This document shows, in pieces, positions 12,715 through 24,128 of a stretch of DNA of 64,000 bases; position 1 is the first letter of the stretch, and each line of letters opens with the position of its first letter. The notes under the pieces were generated by a model. It was not told the DNA's origin and did no database searches. It saw nothing but the letters and a program-made list of their open reading frames with translations. Source of the DNA: Macrostomum hystrix (lineage: Eukaryota; Animalia; Platyhelminthes); the NCBI GenBank assembly GCA_950097015.1, contig CATNEN010000039.1:7130001-7194000 (forward strand), given 5' to 3'. The position numbers were made by a program, and so were the translations under genes.

Positions 12715-14010
12715 ATGCCAACGTCAAGTCCTTCAACTCTCTGGTGGTTAGCCACGTGGCTGCTCGCCTACAGCTGCAGTTTTACTTTGGCCCAGCGAGA
12801 CTACGAAGCCGAACTTGTCAACTACCTGCGAAACAACATCACCAACTTCAGCCCATTGCTGCGCCCAGCTAAAACACCGAACAAAGTGATTGAAATCAGC
12901 GTCGGCAGTATGATTGGCGGCCTCGTGACAGTGGATAGCGCCAGACAGAGTGTGAAGCTCGCTGCATTCGTGCAGACCAGCTGGCCTGAAGAACGGCTCG
13001 TGTGGAACCCGGCAGCGTTCGGCAATGTGTCCGTGGTGAGCTGGGATGCCACTCAGACCTGGTTCCCGGTGATTATCATCTACAATGGCATTGGCGATAA
13101 TCAGCTACTGGCGCCCCAGATACCAGTTTACTTGAGATCGGTCTCGCCAAGTCTGTCAGTCACCACAGCGAGTTGGCGACGAGAGTTCGAGTTCATGTGC
13201 CAATTCGACATGACCAAATTTCCACTCGACAAACACGTCTGCAGTCTTGAGTTCTTCTTCAGCGACCAGGGTCACAACAATCAGCTCATTCGGCTAGTGG
13301 ACAGTGTGCCGCAATTCGACACTCTCGGTGTGTATAGAGAGAACGGCGAGTGGCAAATGATCAACGCAAGCTCGTTTGCACTTTACAAGAAGTACAAAGT
13401 CTTCGGGTCACTACCGGCTGTCACCCTACCGACTTATGTCTTGCGCATTGAAATACAGAGAGTTTCAACCTATTACTTTATGAACATCATAACGCCGCTG
13501 TTGCTGCTGACCATGCTACAAGTGCTCGTGTACTTTGTGCCTCTGGAATCCGGAGAGAAGCTGGGCTTCGGCATCACCATCATGCTCAGCTACACCGTGT
13601 TTCTGCTGCTGTTAGACGGCATAGTACCAAAGTCACAGGCAACGCCAGCCATCGCTTCGTTCATCACATCGGCCATGATTCTGTCAACCATCTCGCTGCT
13701 GCTGACGTCGCTGATAATGTGGTTTCATTTCACACCTGAATGCTCCCGAATGCCGGCTTGCATTCGAGCTGTTTTCGTCCGCTTTCTGGGCCGCCTGTTC
13801 TGTGTGAGCGGCGCAACTGCATGGCAGGTGGACCAGGCTCCCGGCGATGACGCCACCGTACGAAAGGCAGCCGGTGCAGCTACAGGAGCTCCAGTTGTTG
13901 CATCAGACTGGACGATTGCGGCCCACGCCTTGAACAGACTCATGGTTGCCTTGGGAGTGGCTGCCACCGCAGTTATTATCGGAGTTTTCATTCTGAAGCC
14001 GTACCTTTAG
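12715..14010 (+). CDS. Cys-loop ligand-gated ion channel subunit (nAChR/5-HT3-like, non-alpha, predicted cation-selective), intronless
   Basis: It has a signal peptide, LRP and W-x-E-x-R-L-x-W motifs, loop A WFPVIIIYN and the Cys-loop C-QFDMTKFPLDKHV-C. ENGEW and pre-M1 R...YY are present, followed by four TM helices with M1-M2 PLESGEK. Confidence 0.92.
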   Translation: MPTSSPSTLWWLATWLLAYSCSFTLAQRDYEAELVNYLRNNITNFSPLLRPAKTPNKVIEISVGSMIGGLVTVDSARQSVKLAAFVQTSWPEERLVWNPAAFGNVSVVSWDATQTWFPVIIIYNGIGDNQLLAPQIPVYLRSVSPSLSVTTASWRREFEFMCQFDMTKFPLDKHVCSLEFFFSDQGHNNQLIRLVDSVPQFDTLGVYRENGEWQMINASSFALYKKYKVFGSLPAVTLPTYVLRIEIQRVSTYYFMNIITPLLLLTMLQVLVYFVPLESGEKLGFGITIMLSYTVFLLLLDGIVPKSQATPAIASFITSAMILSTISLLLTSLIMWFHFTPECSRMPACIRAVFVRFLGRLFCVSGATAWQVDQAPGDDATVRKAAGAATGAPVVASDWTIAAHALNRLMVALGVAATAVIIGVFILKPYL

Positions 14011-14502
14011 ATGGAACTCAATCGCTTGCACGCTGCATTGAACACAATCGCTATAGATTTCAAATTCGTGGCATATCGATCAATAAGACATTCCCCTGAT
14101 TGGTGTAAATCCCGCTATCGAGGCTACTTCGATTAAGTTAAAAACACAGGAATAAAACACGGAGCGTGAAGTTAGTCACCAAGAAAGATTCACGCGTCGG
14201 GTAAACACAGCTGCGTTCCCCAAGTCTCATACACTAGCTGCCACCTGATCTGTCAGCAAATAGTCGAGGTTCCAAATTCAGAGAAAGCTTTTCGATATGA
14301 ATTCAATGTGTTTGCATTCACCAGACGATCAATAACGATTTACACATTTAGGTTTGAAGAAAATCGAGAGCTCCTACGGCTCGTATATTTAAATTAATCA
14401 TGTGAAATCTTGAGCATTTCAGAAATGAGAAACAATATTTAATAGGCGCTGTAAGAGACAGTCGTCACACAATTTCATCAAGTTTTCAAATTGGTGCTCA
14501 CA

Positions 14503-14690
14503 TGAAGGTCGGGGGTTCGATTACAGACTCCACTGGAAGTTTTTGTGACCAATAGCAAGACATTAGACATTACACTGCTTCAGTTAAGCTCGATGTTAAA
14601 TGGGTTCCAGCATAAGATTAAGTATTTGAGGGTGGGTGTGGCGTCCCGTCAGTGCTTGGACTGAAAAGCTACGCATCTGTTGCCACTGGA
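14503..14690 (+). mobile_element. Truncated, diverged copy of the tRNA-derived SINE
   Basis: gaaggtcgggggttcgatt..gactccac..agcaagaca..gttaaatgggt..gggtgggtgtggcgtc aligns with the reverse complement of 48640-48954. Confidence 0.8.
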
Positions 14691-15195
14691 TAAAGATCTG
14701 TGACAGGTGCCATGATGTTTTTTATTGAGCTTCTTCTAACAGGTAGGTCAGCATATCCATAAGATTAAGAACCTTAAATGTTTACTGGTCTTAAAACATT
14801 AAGACATTGAGCCTATTAATTAAGCCGCTCATCAGTGCTTCAGACTCGGTTAAAGACATTGCAAGCTGTCATGCATTCTGTCACAAAATTCAAACTTTTA
14901 TTGCTAAAGTTACACCTGCTTTCACGAAAAGTAATTTTCTGATGCCAAGGGGTTTTTACGGTAGCTCGTACTAGTAGTATGGAAAACATCCACATTGACT
15001 GGAGGTCGGAAAACGCGTTGGTATGAAACGCATTGGTATTAATTTTTTAATTAAGCTAATAAATTTTCTTTAAGAAAATAGAATGCAAACTGAAAAAAAC
15101 ATAAAAGCACCGTAAAAAGCCTACTGGGAAACATCCAAATGACTTTCAATCTTAAAGAACTGCATGTACACACTGAATGGATATAGTTAACCAAG

Positions 15196-18100
15196 TTAAA
15201 CTTGGCGAATCTCGCAGCTCAATTTGGAAAACAGAGACGCAAACAGAGCGGATATTTTTTCGTCAACTTCAGCGGTTGGTGGCGCCGTCAATTCGTTCGG
15301 CCGCATCTCATCGGCGATGCGCAGCAGGGCGGAGTACTGCGCCCGGGACAGGCAGAGGTACTGCAGGTTCTGCTGCGCCCTGGCCCAGTAGTCTGGCATG
15401 AAGGTTGGCAGTCGCAGCAGCTCTTTTGAGTCCGCCAAAGCCGAAGGGTTATTGCGATGAAGGTCGCGGACAGCTGTGTGCAGGTGCATGGCTCAGGTGA
15501 TACAGCAAAGTACGAGAAGTGCAAGAAAAATGGGTCTGCTGGACAGGAAAGGACAGGTCCTGAGGAGCGCAGAGGAATGGTCCTGCTGGGACTCGGAGTC
15601 CCTGCTCGGAGCGGCCCAGAAGGATACGGAGTGGCCCAGAAGGATACGGAGTGGTCCAGAAGGATACGGAGGGGTCCAGAAGGATACGGAGTGGTCCAGA
15701 AGGATACGGAGTGGTCCAGAAGGATACGGAGTGGTCCAGAAGGATACGGAGTGGTCCAGAAGGATACGGAGTGGTCCAGAAGGATACGGAGTGGTCCAGA
15801 AGGATACGGTTTAGTGGTCCAGAAGGATACGGAGGGGTCCAGTAGGATACGGAGCGGCCCAGAAGGATACGGAGTGGTCCAGAAGGATACGGTTTAGTGG
15901 TCCAGAAGGATACGGAGGGGTCCAGTAGGATACGGAGTGGCCCAGAAGGATACGGTGGAGTGGTCCACAAGGATACAGCGGAGGAATCCAGAAGGATACG
16001 GTGGAGTGGTATGTAGCATACGTTTTAACACTGTTGCGCCGAGTAGAGTTAATACGGTGGCCTCAAAGTTCAGATTTTCGACTCCGATGCTCAGTCGAAC
16101 TCGGCCCTCCAAGATGAGAATGGCAAAATCTGCCGGCACGCCGCGCCTGTAGATCGTATTGCGCTCATCGTCACCGTGACTGTGTGGGAGGGTGGGATCG
16201 CGCAGAGCAGTTATTGAGTAGTTGATTACCTAAAAGTTCGACTTTAGTTTGACTTTCGAAAAAGAAAATAGCTACAAAGAAGCACTCACATAAACAAGTG
16301 TTTTACTAGCACTTTTTCGTGAAACATTCGTTCCAGCACTATCTCTGGTATTGTTCGCTTGCCGAAGAGGTCCCCGTGCTCTGTGAAGTTTAGGTTTTGT
16401 ATGAAAGATATAGTTGCATCGCATTTCAGGATGACCTGAATCCGCTCTAGAGTCTGTGGATAAGGGAATGATGGTGCTTTAGTATGAGGCCAAGGTTAGG
16501 ATGGTGCTCTGTGGTATGAGGACAAGAGACTGATGGTACTCTGTGGTATAAATACACGGGAGGCTGGTACCGCGGAATACGAAAAACAACACCAAGTTGT
16601 AGTTTTGCAAAAAAGCAAAGCCAAAACAAGCGAAAACCGGCACTCTCTCGGTGCGCTCTCACGTATCGCCAGGCTGTGCACGGCTGCCAGGCGCAGCTGG
16701 GCCGGAACCTGAAGGCCGGTGCTGCCCGATAGTCTTAGCTCGCGCCAGTTTGCCCGGGAAGAGCGGAGCGTAAGGTGGCGCGATTGCTGACCTGCAGGGG
16801 TGAGTGTGAGAGCGGGCGGAAATTCAATAGCCAACATGACCTATAACCCAGTTTATAAAAATGAATACTGCACCGGACGAGATGTGATAGATCTTGATTC
16901 AGATGCCAAACAATTATTTCATTTTAAACGAATCCTTTGTAGCAGAATACAGATTAAAGCAGCGGTGTCTGTTTTATTTTGCAGCACTAACTCACCTGAC
17001 ACATCAGTCTCATCTTCGATCTCTTCTTGAATAATTTCTTCAAGGACGTCCTCAAGTGTCACCATACCGACGGTTGTCTCCTCAAAAACTTCAGCATCTC
17101 CGTCCAGCTGACGATGCCTGACGATGGCCATGTGCACGCGATTGCTCAGAAACATCTTCAGCGTGCTGTCCAGGGTGTCGGTGTCCATCACAGCATACAC
17201 CTTCCTGTTGAAGTATTCGCACACGAGGTCCACTCGCATTGGAGCGTCACGGCTAACAATGGTGAGATCCTTGAAGTTCAGCACACTAATTACGTTGCTG
17301 CGCTCTCTATCGTAGATTGGAATACGCGTGAAACCAGTCTCACGAATCTGTTCGATTGTGAACGAGTCGATTAGAGTCTCAGCAGGCAGCATGAAAACCT
17401 CGCTGAGACCGCGCATCACTTGTCGGATGGTTTTGTTCTGCAGTGAAAGAGCGCCCAGAATGATGTTGGCCTCAGTGGGCTCTAGGCCCTGAGTTGCTAT
17501 GAACTCTTTGAGCTTGTTTCGGTCGTAAACCTGTGAAAGACAAAGATTTGCAGAGGAGCTGTAGCTCTATAACGAAACCAACAACAAGGCAAGCCCAAAA
17601 AGTAAGATGTAGCAGGCATCAGATAGCGCGCTATAGTGCTAGCGAATGAATCAATTAATGGTAATGTTGATTTAATGCCACCCCGTTAGCAGTATCACGC
17701 GCTTAATTTGCATCACAAAATATCGTATTTGCATCACCAGTTGCGAGCCTGTCACTGAGCGCACTGGAAGCACTCGAGCCCGGCCCCGGATCCTCTGGCG
17801 TCACCGCGGTCGACAATGTCTGGGCCAGCCTGGCCTCATTGGCAGCAGCAGACGATCCAGTGGATCTGCAGTGGATCCCAGGCCTCGCGGGCATTCCAGG
17901 CAATGAGGCGGCCGACAACAGGAATGCCTATGGCGCAAGACGCCACCCACATCCCGATATCTGCTGCCTAGGCCTCTACTGTCGCTGGCATAGATCGCCA
18001 AGATCTTAGGCATCAGAGCCCGCCATCAGCATCGCTAGCTATCGAAAGATCCTCCAAAGGCAGCGAACGATCTCTCGCAGAGGCAAAAGCGGCTCATTTG

Positions 18101-20184
18101 TGAGCCACGCACCAACCGCTGCCCTGCCCTGCGGGCATCGGTCTCCAAGTGGCGCCAAAATATCGCCCTCTATGGCGAGGGCGAGAAGTCCGCGGCCCAC
18201 TTGCTGACTGCCTGCCCCGCCTCGACTCTACACTGCTGTCGCCTCTTAAACCCGCGCCCCGAGCCAGTGGCTATTTTTGATAATTGCACCACTGTGCCGG
18301 ACTTTTTTGGAAAGGTGGGCATCCTTTGACGCCTGGCGCAATGGGCATTTACCCGCTGTTGCCCGAAGAAGAATAAGTAAAGCCTGTGACTGCGTGAGCT
18401 GACCCTGCCATGTGATTGCAGTAGCTCTCGGCACGGATCACTTGGCCCGCCAGTTAATGCCACAGGTTAGATATATTAGACGGGCATTGCAATTAGGGTA
18501 TTGTTCCAGACGCTCTCTTGAGCTTGGAAGGGACTGCCTTAATTACAGTTGCCGCTGCAGCGTAACACAAAATAGCACAGAAGGCAGCACAAAGCAGTCG
18601 AACAAAAAGTTATCAACTGTAAACTTATGGGTAAATTATACAATATGGCTTTTACACTAGTATTTCGAAACCAATCGATTTTGCTAATGGAGAGCGGAGA
18701 GTATTTTCAAAGAAAGAGTAATGGTTTGTCGGATTTTAAAAACACACCTGTCGGAGATCCTGGCCGAGCACCTTATCCAGTACATAGGAAAGTGGAAAAC
18801 TAATAGGCGCCGTCAAGGTCATGAACAGGATGGTGACAGGCAGGGTGGCGGTACCGATTGCTAGACCGTGACGCGTGCACACGGCCTGAGGAATGATTTC
18901 ACCTAAAATCACAATGCCGAACGAGGCTGCAATCACCGAGGTGATGCCATCGCCAATCAGTGAGCTGAGTAAGATAGACAGGGTGGTGTTGACAACCACA
19001 TTGCCGAGCAGCAGGCTGCACAGTAGGAAGTTGCCCCGCTTGCGCACCGGAATGATTCGCTTGGCGTAAGATCGCTCGGCTGGCGAGCCGGCCCGGCAGA
19101 TGATCTTCAGCTCGGCAATGTCTAGCGCCATGAGGCCCAGGTTTAGGCCAGAAAATAGACCTGGGGCGAGGTAAGAGAGATGGATCTGTAGTCACTCTTG
19201 GCTTATCGGTAGTACTATGAAATTAAATTGGGGTTAGGGTTGTGCAGCGAGTTCTTCTTTATATTTTTTTATAAAGATATAAAAAACGGAAGAAGAAATT
19301 ATAGGAAATTATAGAAATACGGAAAAAGCAACTCCTGCTTAGTGAAGAAGACGGTGCAATTGTTTGTACTTGGATATTTAAAGCATGTATTGTCTGAGCA
19401 AGGTGGCTCTGACGCGCGTCAGACTTCTCAAACATTGCTTAACTGACAAGTCAATACTTTTGTGAATACCCACCCCAGAATCATCCGGCTACGGTGGTGG
19501 CGCGTTAGTGCAGGTTAACAATTCTCATTGCTGATTACAATCATGTTCGGCCAGAAAAATGCTTAAAAACACACGAGCACCTATTAAAGCCCAGTGAAAA
19601 AATTATTGGCGAGATGATTTGCTTTGCTACAACTCACCTGACAGCAGGAGCAAAGCTACGACCAGGCAGATTGTCACCCAAAACGGCAAGGTCGTTCTGG
19701 TGATGTACAACCGCAGACCGCCGTCGCCTGGAGATGGGTATCGCCATTGCGCCTGGCTACCAGATGTCCAGTTACCACGAAGACACAGCAGAATATATTC
19801 GCTGGATGACGTAAGCGAGCTACTCGGCACAGTTGCGATAGAATTGGCAGTTAGGCCATTTTGATCAACAATCAAATCGAAGCTGCCGGGAATTTTAGCG
19901 TCGAGGCACAGGCCATCGCTCTGGTAGCGATGAGCGAAGGCCAGCCGGTCCAGGCCATGAAGGTCCCGGCCATAAATCCTGATAGACAGGCGGGCGCCCA
20001 GTGAGACCTGCTGATTGTGAGTTTTGCCACCATTAGAAGCGCTAGAGCGCCATCCCAGGCTGTTGACTTCGCTAGCTGAGCCAGGAGATGCAACAGCATC
20101 CACAATAAGCACATCAGCTGTGGCCACTGATGTAAATAATGTGGCCAGAGTGCCAATCACTGATCTCACCAGGATCAGGGAAAA
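15196..20184 (-). CDS. CNNM: CNNM/ACDP metal (Mg2+) transporter, 7 coding exons: 20184-19638, 19160-18748, 17530-16996, 16791-16663, 16380-16290, 16179-16022, 15473-15196
   Basis: GT-AG junctions have consistent phases (1,0,1,1,2,1). DUF21 motifs are SGLFSGLNLGLM, LLCSLLLGNV and GEIIPQA. The CBS pair shows GFTRIPIY, HMAIV and GMVTLEDVLEEIIQEEIEDETD. The CNBH domain shows ADFAILILEGRV and FMPDY. No in-frame ATG exists in exon 1 (see findings). Confidence 0.9.
15613..16010. repeat. 20-bp minisatellite (ggtccagaaggatacggagt) in the last CNNM intron
   Basis: Direct tandem copies start ~10 bp after the minus-strand donor at 16021. Confidence 0.95.
17740..18380 (+). mobile_element. Decayed 3' fragment of an RNase H-containing non-LTR retrotransposon (LINE), antisense within CNNM intron 2
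   Basis: 17866-17916 translates LQWIPGLAGIPGNEAAD, the LINE RNase H motif. 18170-18220 gives GEGEKSAAHLLTACPA, a C-terminal Zn-knuckle remnant. A gaagaagaataag tail lies at ~18366. The fragment is frameshifted. Confidence 0.75.
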
Positions 20185-22222
20185 CTAAAATTTTTTGTGT
20201 GGCATTTTGTGTATGAGATGGCTAAATTCTTTGGAAGAGCTGCATAATCTTACGAAAAGCGTAATAAGAACATCATTATTATACTGAAAGTCGTGTTTAG
20301 TTCCTGTCATTTAAAACAAGTTTTAAAAATTTATCTGCACATGAAATCACAAGTCTATCTCGAGGTAATTTAGAAACCAAAGTAACTTAGAACAATAAGC
20401 ATTAAAATAATTAAAAAGCATAAAATTTGATTAACATTTTATTAAAAACACATATTTATATTTATTTTAAAAAATATCTTTTGTGTTTCATAATAAAAAT
20501 TATAAATCGAATTTTAAATTTATACACATAAATTAGCCAAATGCCACAATATTTTACATTCACAAGCCTTGTTGCCTAGCAATGTTTCAAATTCAAATCT
20601 TTTTGTCGGAATAAAACAATAATAGAACGGGGCCATATGGTAGCCTAAAATTATTTTATTACCACATTATGCATAAATTATGCATAAATTTTATTTTATG
20701 CAAAGTTTTCTTACCAAGGCAGAAAGATTATCTTATTTAACAGGCCAACTACTTTGAAACCAAAATATCACTATCACTTAACCATAAAAATACACTGAGA
20801 GTACTGAAATATTTTTCCTTTAGATTATATACACTTCGGCTTTGATTTTGGCATTAAAACAGAACTGCACTTCAATAAAAAAGTAAATACGTATATTTTT
20901 AAGCGCAATTTACAACTCTTAAACACTACTGCAAAGTGAAGTTTGCAGTCTCTTTTAATCGTAAATCAATTTAAAAAAGATTATCTCAAGAAACAAATTA
21001 AAATATGCCTATACCAAGCTATTTTTTCTATTATACTATAGATGTATACTTGTGATGAAGGAAGAAGAGACAAAAAACAGGAACTGCATTATGCTACACT
21101 TAGTGTCTACTATGGATTAATAGTTTCTCAGCAGCCAAATTTGTAGCAAACTTTTAACTTATGTGTAGTTACAAAGATAAAACCAGTCGCAGTCGCCGAC
21201 GCATTCACGTGTGAACGCCGTACAGGTGACGAAGGGAATTTGTAATTTGCCGTAACACCTTACCGCGGAAACTCTATTCCACATAAACAAAAATTCTTCG
21301 AACTGAATGCCATACGTTTTGTATATGCAATTGAGTTAAAAAGATTCGATAACTTTTGAAAGCAAATAACAATTTTAATTCATTCATGGACATATATTTA
21401 GAATTTTAAACGATGGCATCGACGGCATTTCAAAGAGCCAGGTCTAAAATCCATTTTAGTAATACTAATCGAGGACCTAAGAAGTATAAGCATATTATTA
21501 TTTGTGTTGTGGACTCTATTTATTGTAGTAGTATAACTTTTGCCTGCGAAAACAAAAAAACAAAAAGTAATGATGTGGAAGCATTTAATACGAGGTATAC
21601 TACGCGTACTTTAAGTGTTACTCATTAATTAACATTCTGCTGGTGAGCTGATCTGGCAAAATGATCCAGTGATCTGGTATTTCTGATAATTAGAAAAAAA
21701 TATTCTTGTTTTCAAACACAAAAATATTAGCTTATTGAACGGTATATTATATATGTTATATTAGTTGAATTAATTGTTAAATTTAATATTCGACTTAATC
21801 TAAATTGAATTACGTCTGGGCTAGGGCTATAGGGCTGCATTGAACTGATTGAACTAATTGAACTGCAGTCGGTCTTGCAGGGCATAGTAGCTGGAAAACT
21901 AAAATTATTTTTTAAGACGCTGTGTGCGTTGAGAAGAAGAAAATTTTTTTTATGCATTACATTATTTAAAAAAAGTAATAAAAATGTCAAATCAAAAATG
22001 TAAATTCTGTTAAACAAGCTCTAATTTGCACTGAAAACGCAAAAAATATTTAAAGGTAGATAGCAGAAAAAACTCACTCTCGTTATTTTAAAACCAAAAA
22101 AATTACAAAAAATTTTGCTGTTTGGGTCTTCATTGAAAAACTGAATTAATTCGTACTCTTAAAATGATCATATATCAGTTTCTTTTCGAGCAATGCAGAA
22201 GGAATAGGTATAAAAGCAGGAA

Positions 22223-23680
22223 TTAGAACTCAGTGGGCCTATCTCCCACAGACGGCCAGCATTGGCATGGGCATGGGCGGCTACGATTGTGCGAGCATGT
22301 CCAGCCTGGACAGCAGTCCCGAGCCGGCGGAAGATGCGCCCCGGGTCTCTCGCTCCCCAGATTCAACGCTGAGGCAAGAGCGTCTAAAAAATCCATAACG
22401 GGGGGCTGAAGGCGCCCAAAAGTCTCCACACCGACTCGGGCGGAAGTCGTGGTGGTCGTGTAGGTCAGTAAGTCAGTTTACTAGTTTATTGATTTGCGGG
22501 CCTCGGCCGAGGTGGCAGCTGCGCTGGGTGCGACGGCGGAGGCATGCAGTGCAGGTGACTTGTTGGGGCGCAGATGTGCGTGATATTCGCATCCCAAGCC
22601 AACGGCCGCCCGCGCTCGAGGGCCACTGCACCACCGTGGCGAATCAAAGCAGCTAGAGTCCTGCGCGGAGAGGTCGATTGTTTGGAGCACCGATGAAAAT
22701 CCAGCCTCCCCAGGATGTCCCGGAGCCGCGAGTTGAACTTTTCGCGTCGTCGGAAGCGCTCGATGCCATTGCAGGTGCGGGCCTGATCCCTCTAATGCAT
22801 CGAGGAGCTGGCGGCACTCGCACACTCCACAGGTGCTGCAGTTTGCAGACCGAGCCGCAGGCTAACTGCGATGGACAGCTCAATATCTGAAAGGCAAGTG
22901 CGCGCCCTCACGGCTAATCGGCACACCGGTAAAAAGGCAGCTGACTCTGGGGTGGCAGCAGAGTGCATCCTCGCCACGTCCCTGGGCTCCTTGAGGCTGG
23001 CGTGGCAGTCAGCGCCTGATGACGGGCATGAAAACGCGGTTTGTGTCAGGAGCGGGCCGTGGCGGGAGAGCCGCGGTTTCCGTGCTGCGCGAGCGCTCTG
23101 ACCACTCAGAGCGGACGAGTTCGATGAAGGGCATCAGGCTTTCGCCATGGCAGAGCTCATTGGCGAGAGTAGAGCTGTGGCATCTCGGAGGATAAAAAGG
23201 CTGGCAGGGCGAGGTCTGATGGTGCGCCGATTCCAATGCCTCCAAGACTTGTGATAAACAGGCCTGCAGCTAAGCTCGAGGATCAAGAAGGACGTTCAGG
23301 GGCCGCTCGGTGGTTTCGCACAGGGCCTAGTCATAGTCTTTCGGGTCCCTGAGCACGCAACGATCCTACCCAGCGCGCGGGTGGGCTTTTGTGAGACCTA
23401 CTAGTAGGCAATTCGTGCGCTTAGCCAGCGAGGAGGCGACAGCCGAGGTTCCGACGGCGAGACAGCCGCAAGGCACAGACCCCTATAGGCACGGGTTTCA
23501 GAATTCCAACAGGGCAATCTGCAAGAGTCCGGGGGCCGCGCCACTTTGTGGGCTCGTGAGTTGTTTCAGGTGAGCGGGTCGCAGACCGTCGGGGTGAGGC
23601 CTTGGGAGTCCGCCCGACTGCAGGGGTCTGGGCGACAGCATCCAGCAGCTGCTCCATGGTCAGCCAGAGGGGTTGCATTA
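22223..23680 (-). mobile_element. Decayed 3' part of a restriction-like-endonuclease non-LTR retrotransposon (CRE/NeSL/R2-type)
   Basis: This is a GC-rich island in AT-rich intergenic DNA. Broken frames read ..AVSLRLGL..C.., AAATSAEARK..Y and (V)ETFGRL..MDFLDALA, typical of the CCHC plus REL endonuclease C-terminus. There are many stops and frameshifts. Confidence 0.6.
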
Positions 23681-23793
23681 TGACCCTTAATTAGGGATCT
23701 TCTATAGTGGTCCTTCTTGAGTTTTCCGTACGTGCTGCTAACTACGAGTGGTCCTTTTCTAAATTTATCAAATAGCCCTTAAAGAAAAAATGA

Positions 23794-24128
23794 GTCAAAT
23801 TGGTGAGAAATTCTAGCCTGTTTCCGAACTCCTTAGTTTTATACTTGCATAAAAAACTCCTGTCAGTAAGACGCCGAATTAGCGCCGGTTATTATTACAA
23901 AGTGCCAGCGGCTTAATAAATCCATGAAAACAACTGTTTTGTCCTCTAATTTTTTCTTCATTTAAAAAATGGTCAAATCGATGCGAAATTCTAGCTTGTA
24001 CTAAGTCTAGTTTAGTTTTATACTTGCATGAAAACTACTCTCAGTAAAACGCTAAATTTGCACCGGTTATTATTTACAATGTGCTAGCGGCTTTAATTGA
24101 TTACATTAAAACGACAGGTTTGTTCTTT
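23794..24128. repeat. Diverged two-copy tandem duplication, ~178-bp unit
   Basis: gtcaaat..gaaattctagc..ttagttttatacttgcat..cagtaa.acgc..ccggttatta..agcggctt occurs at 23794 and 23972. Confidence 0.8.
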
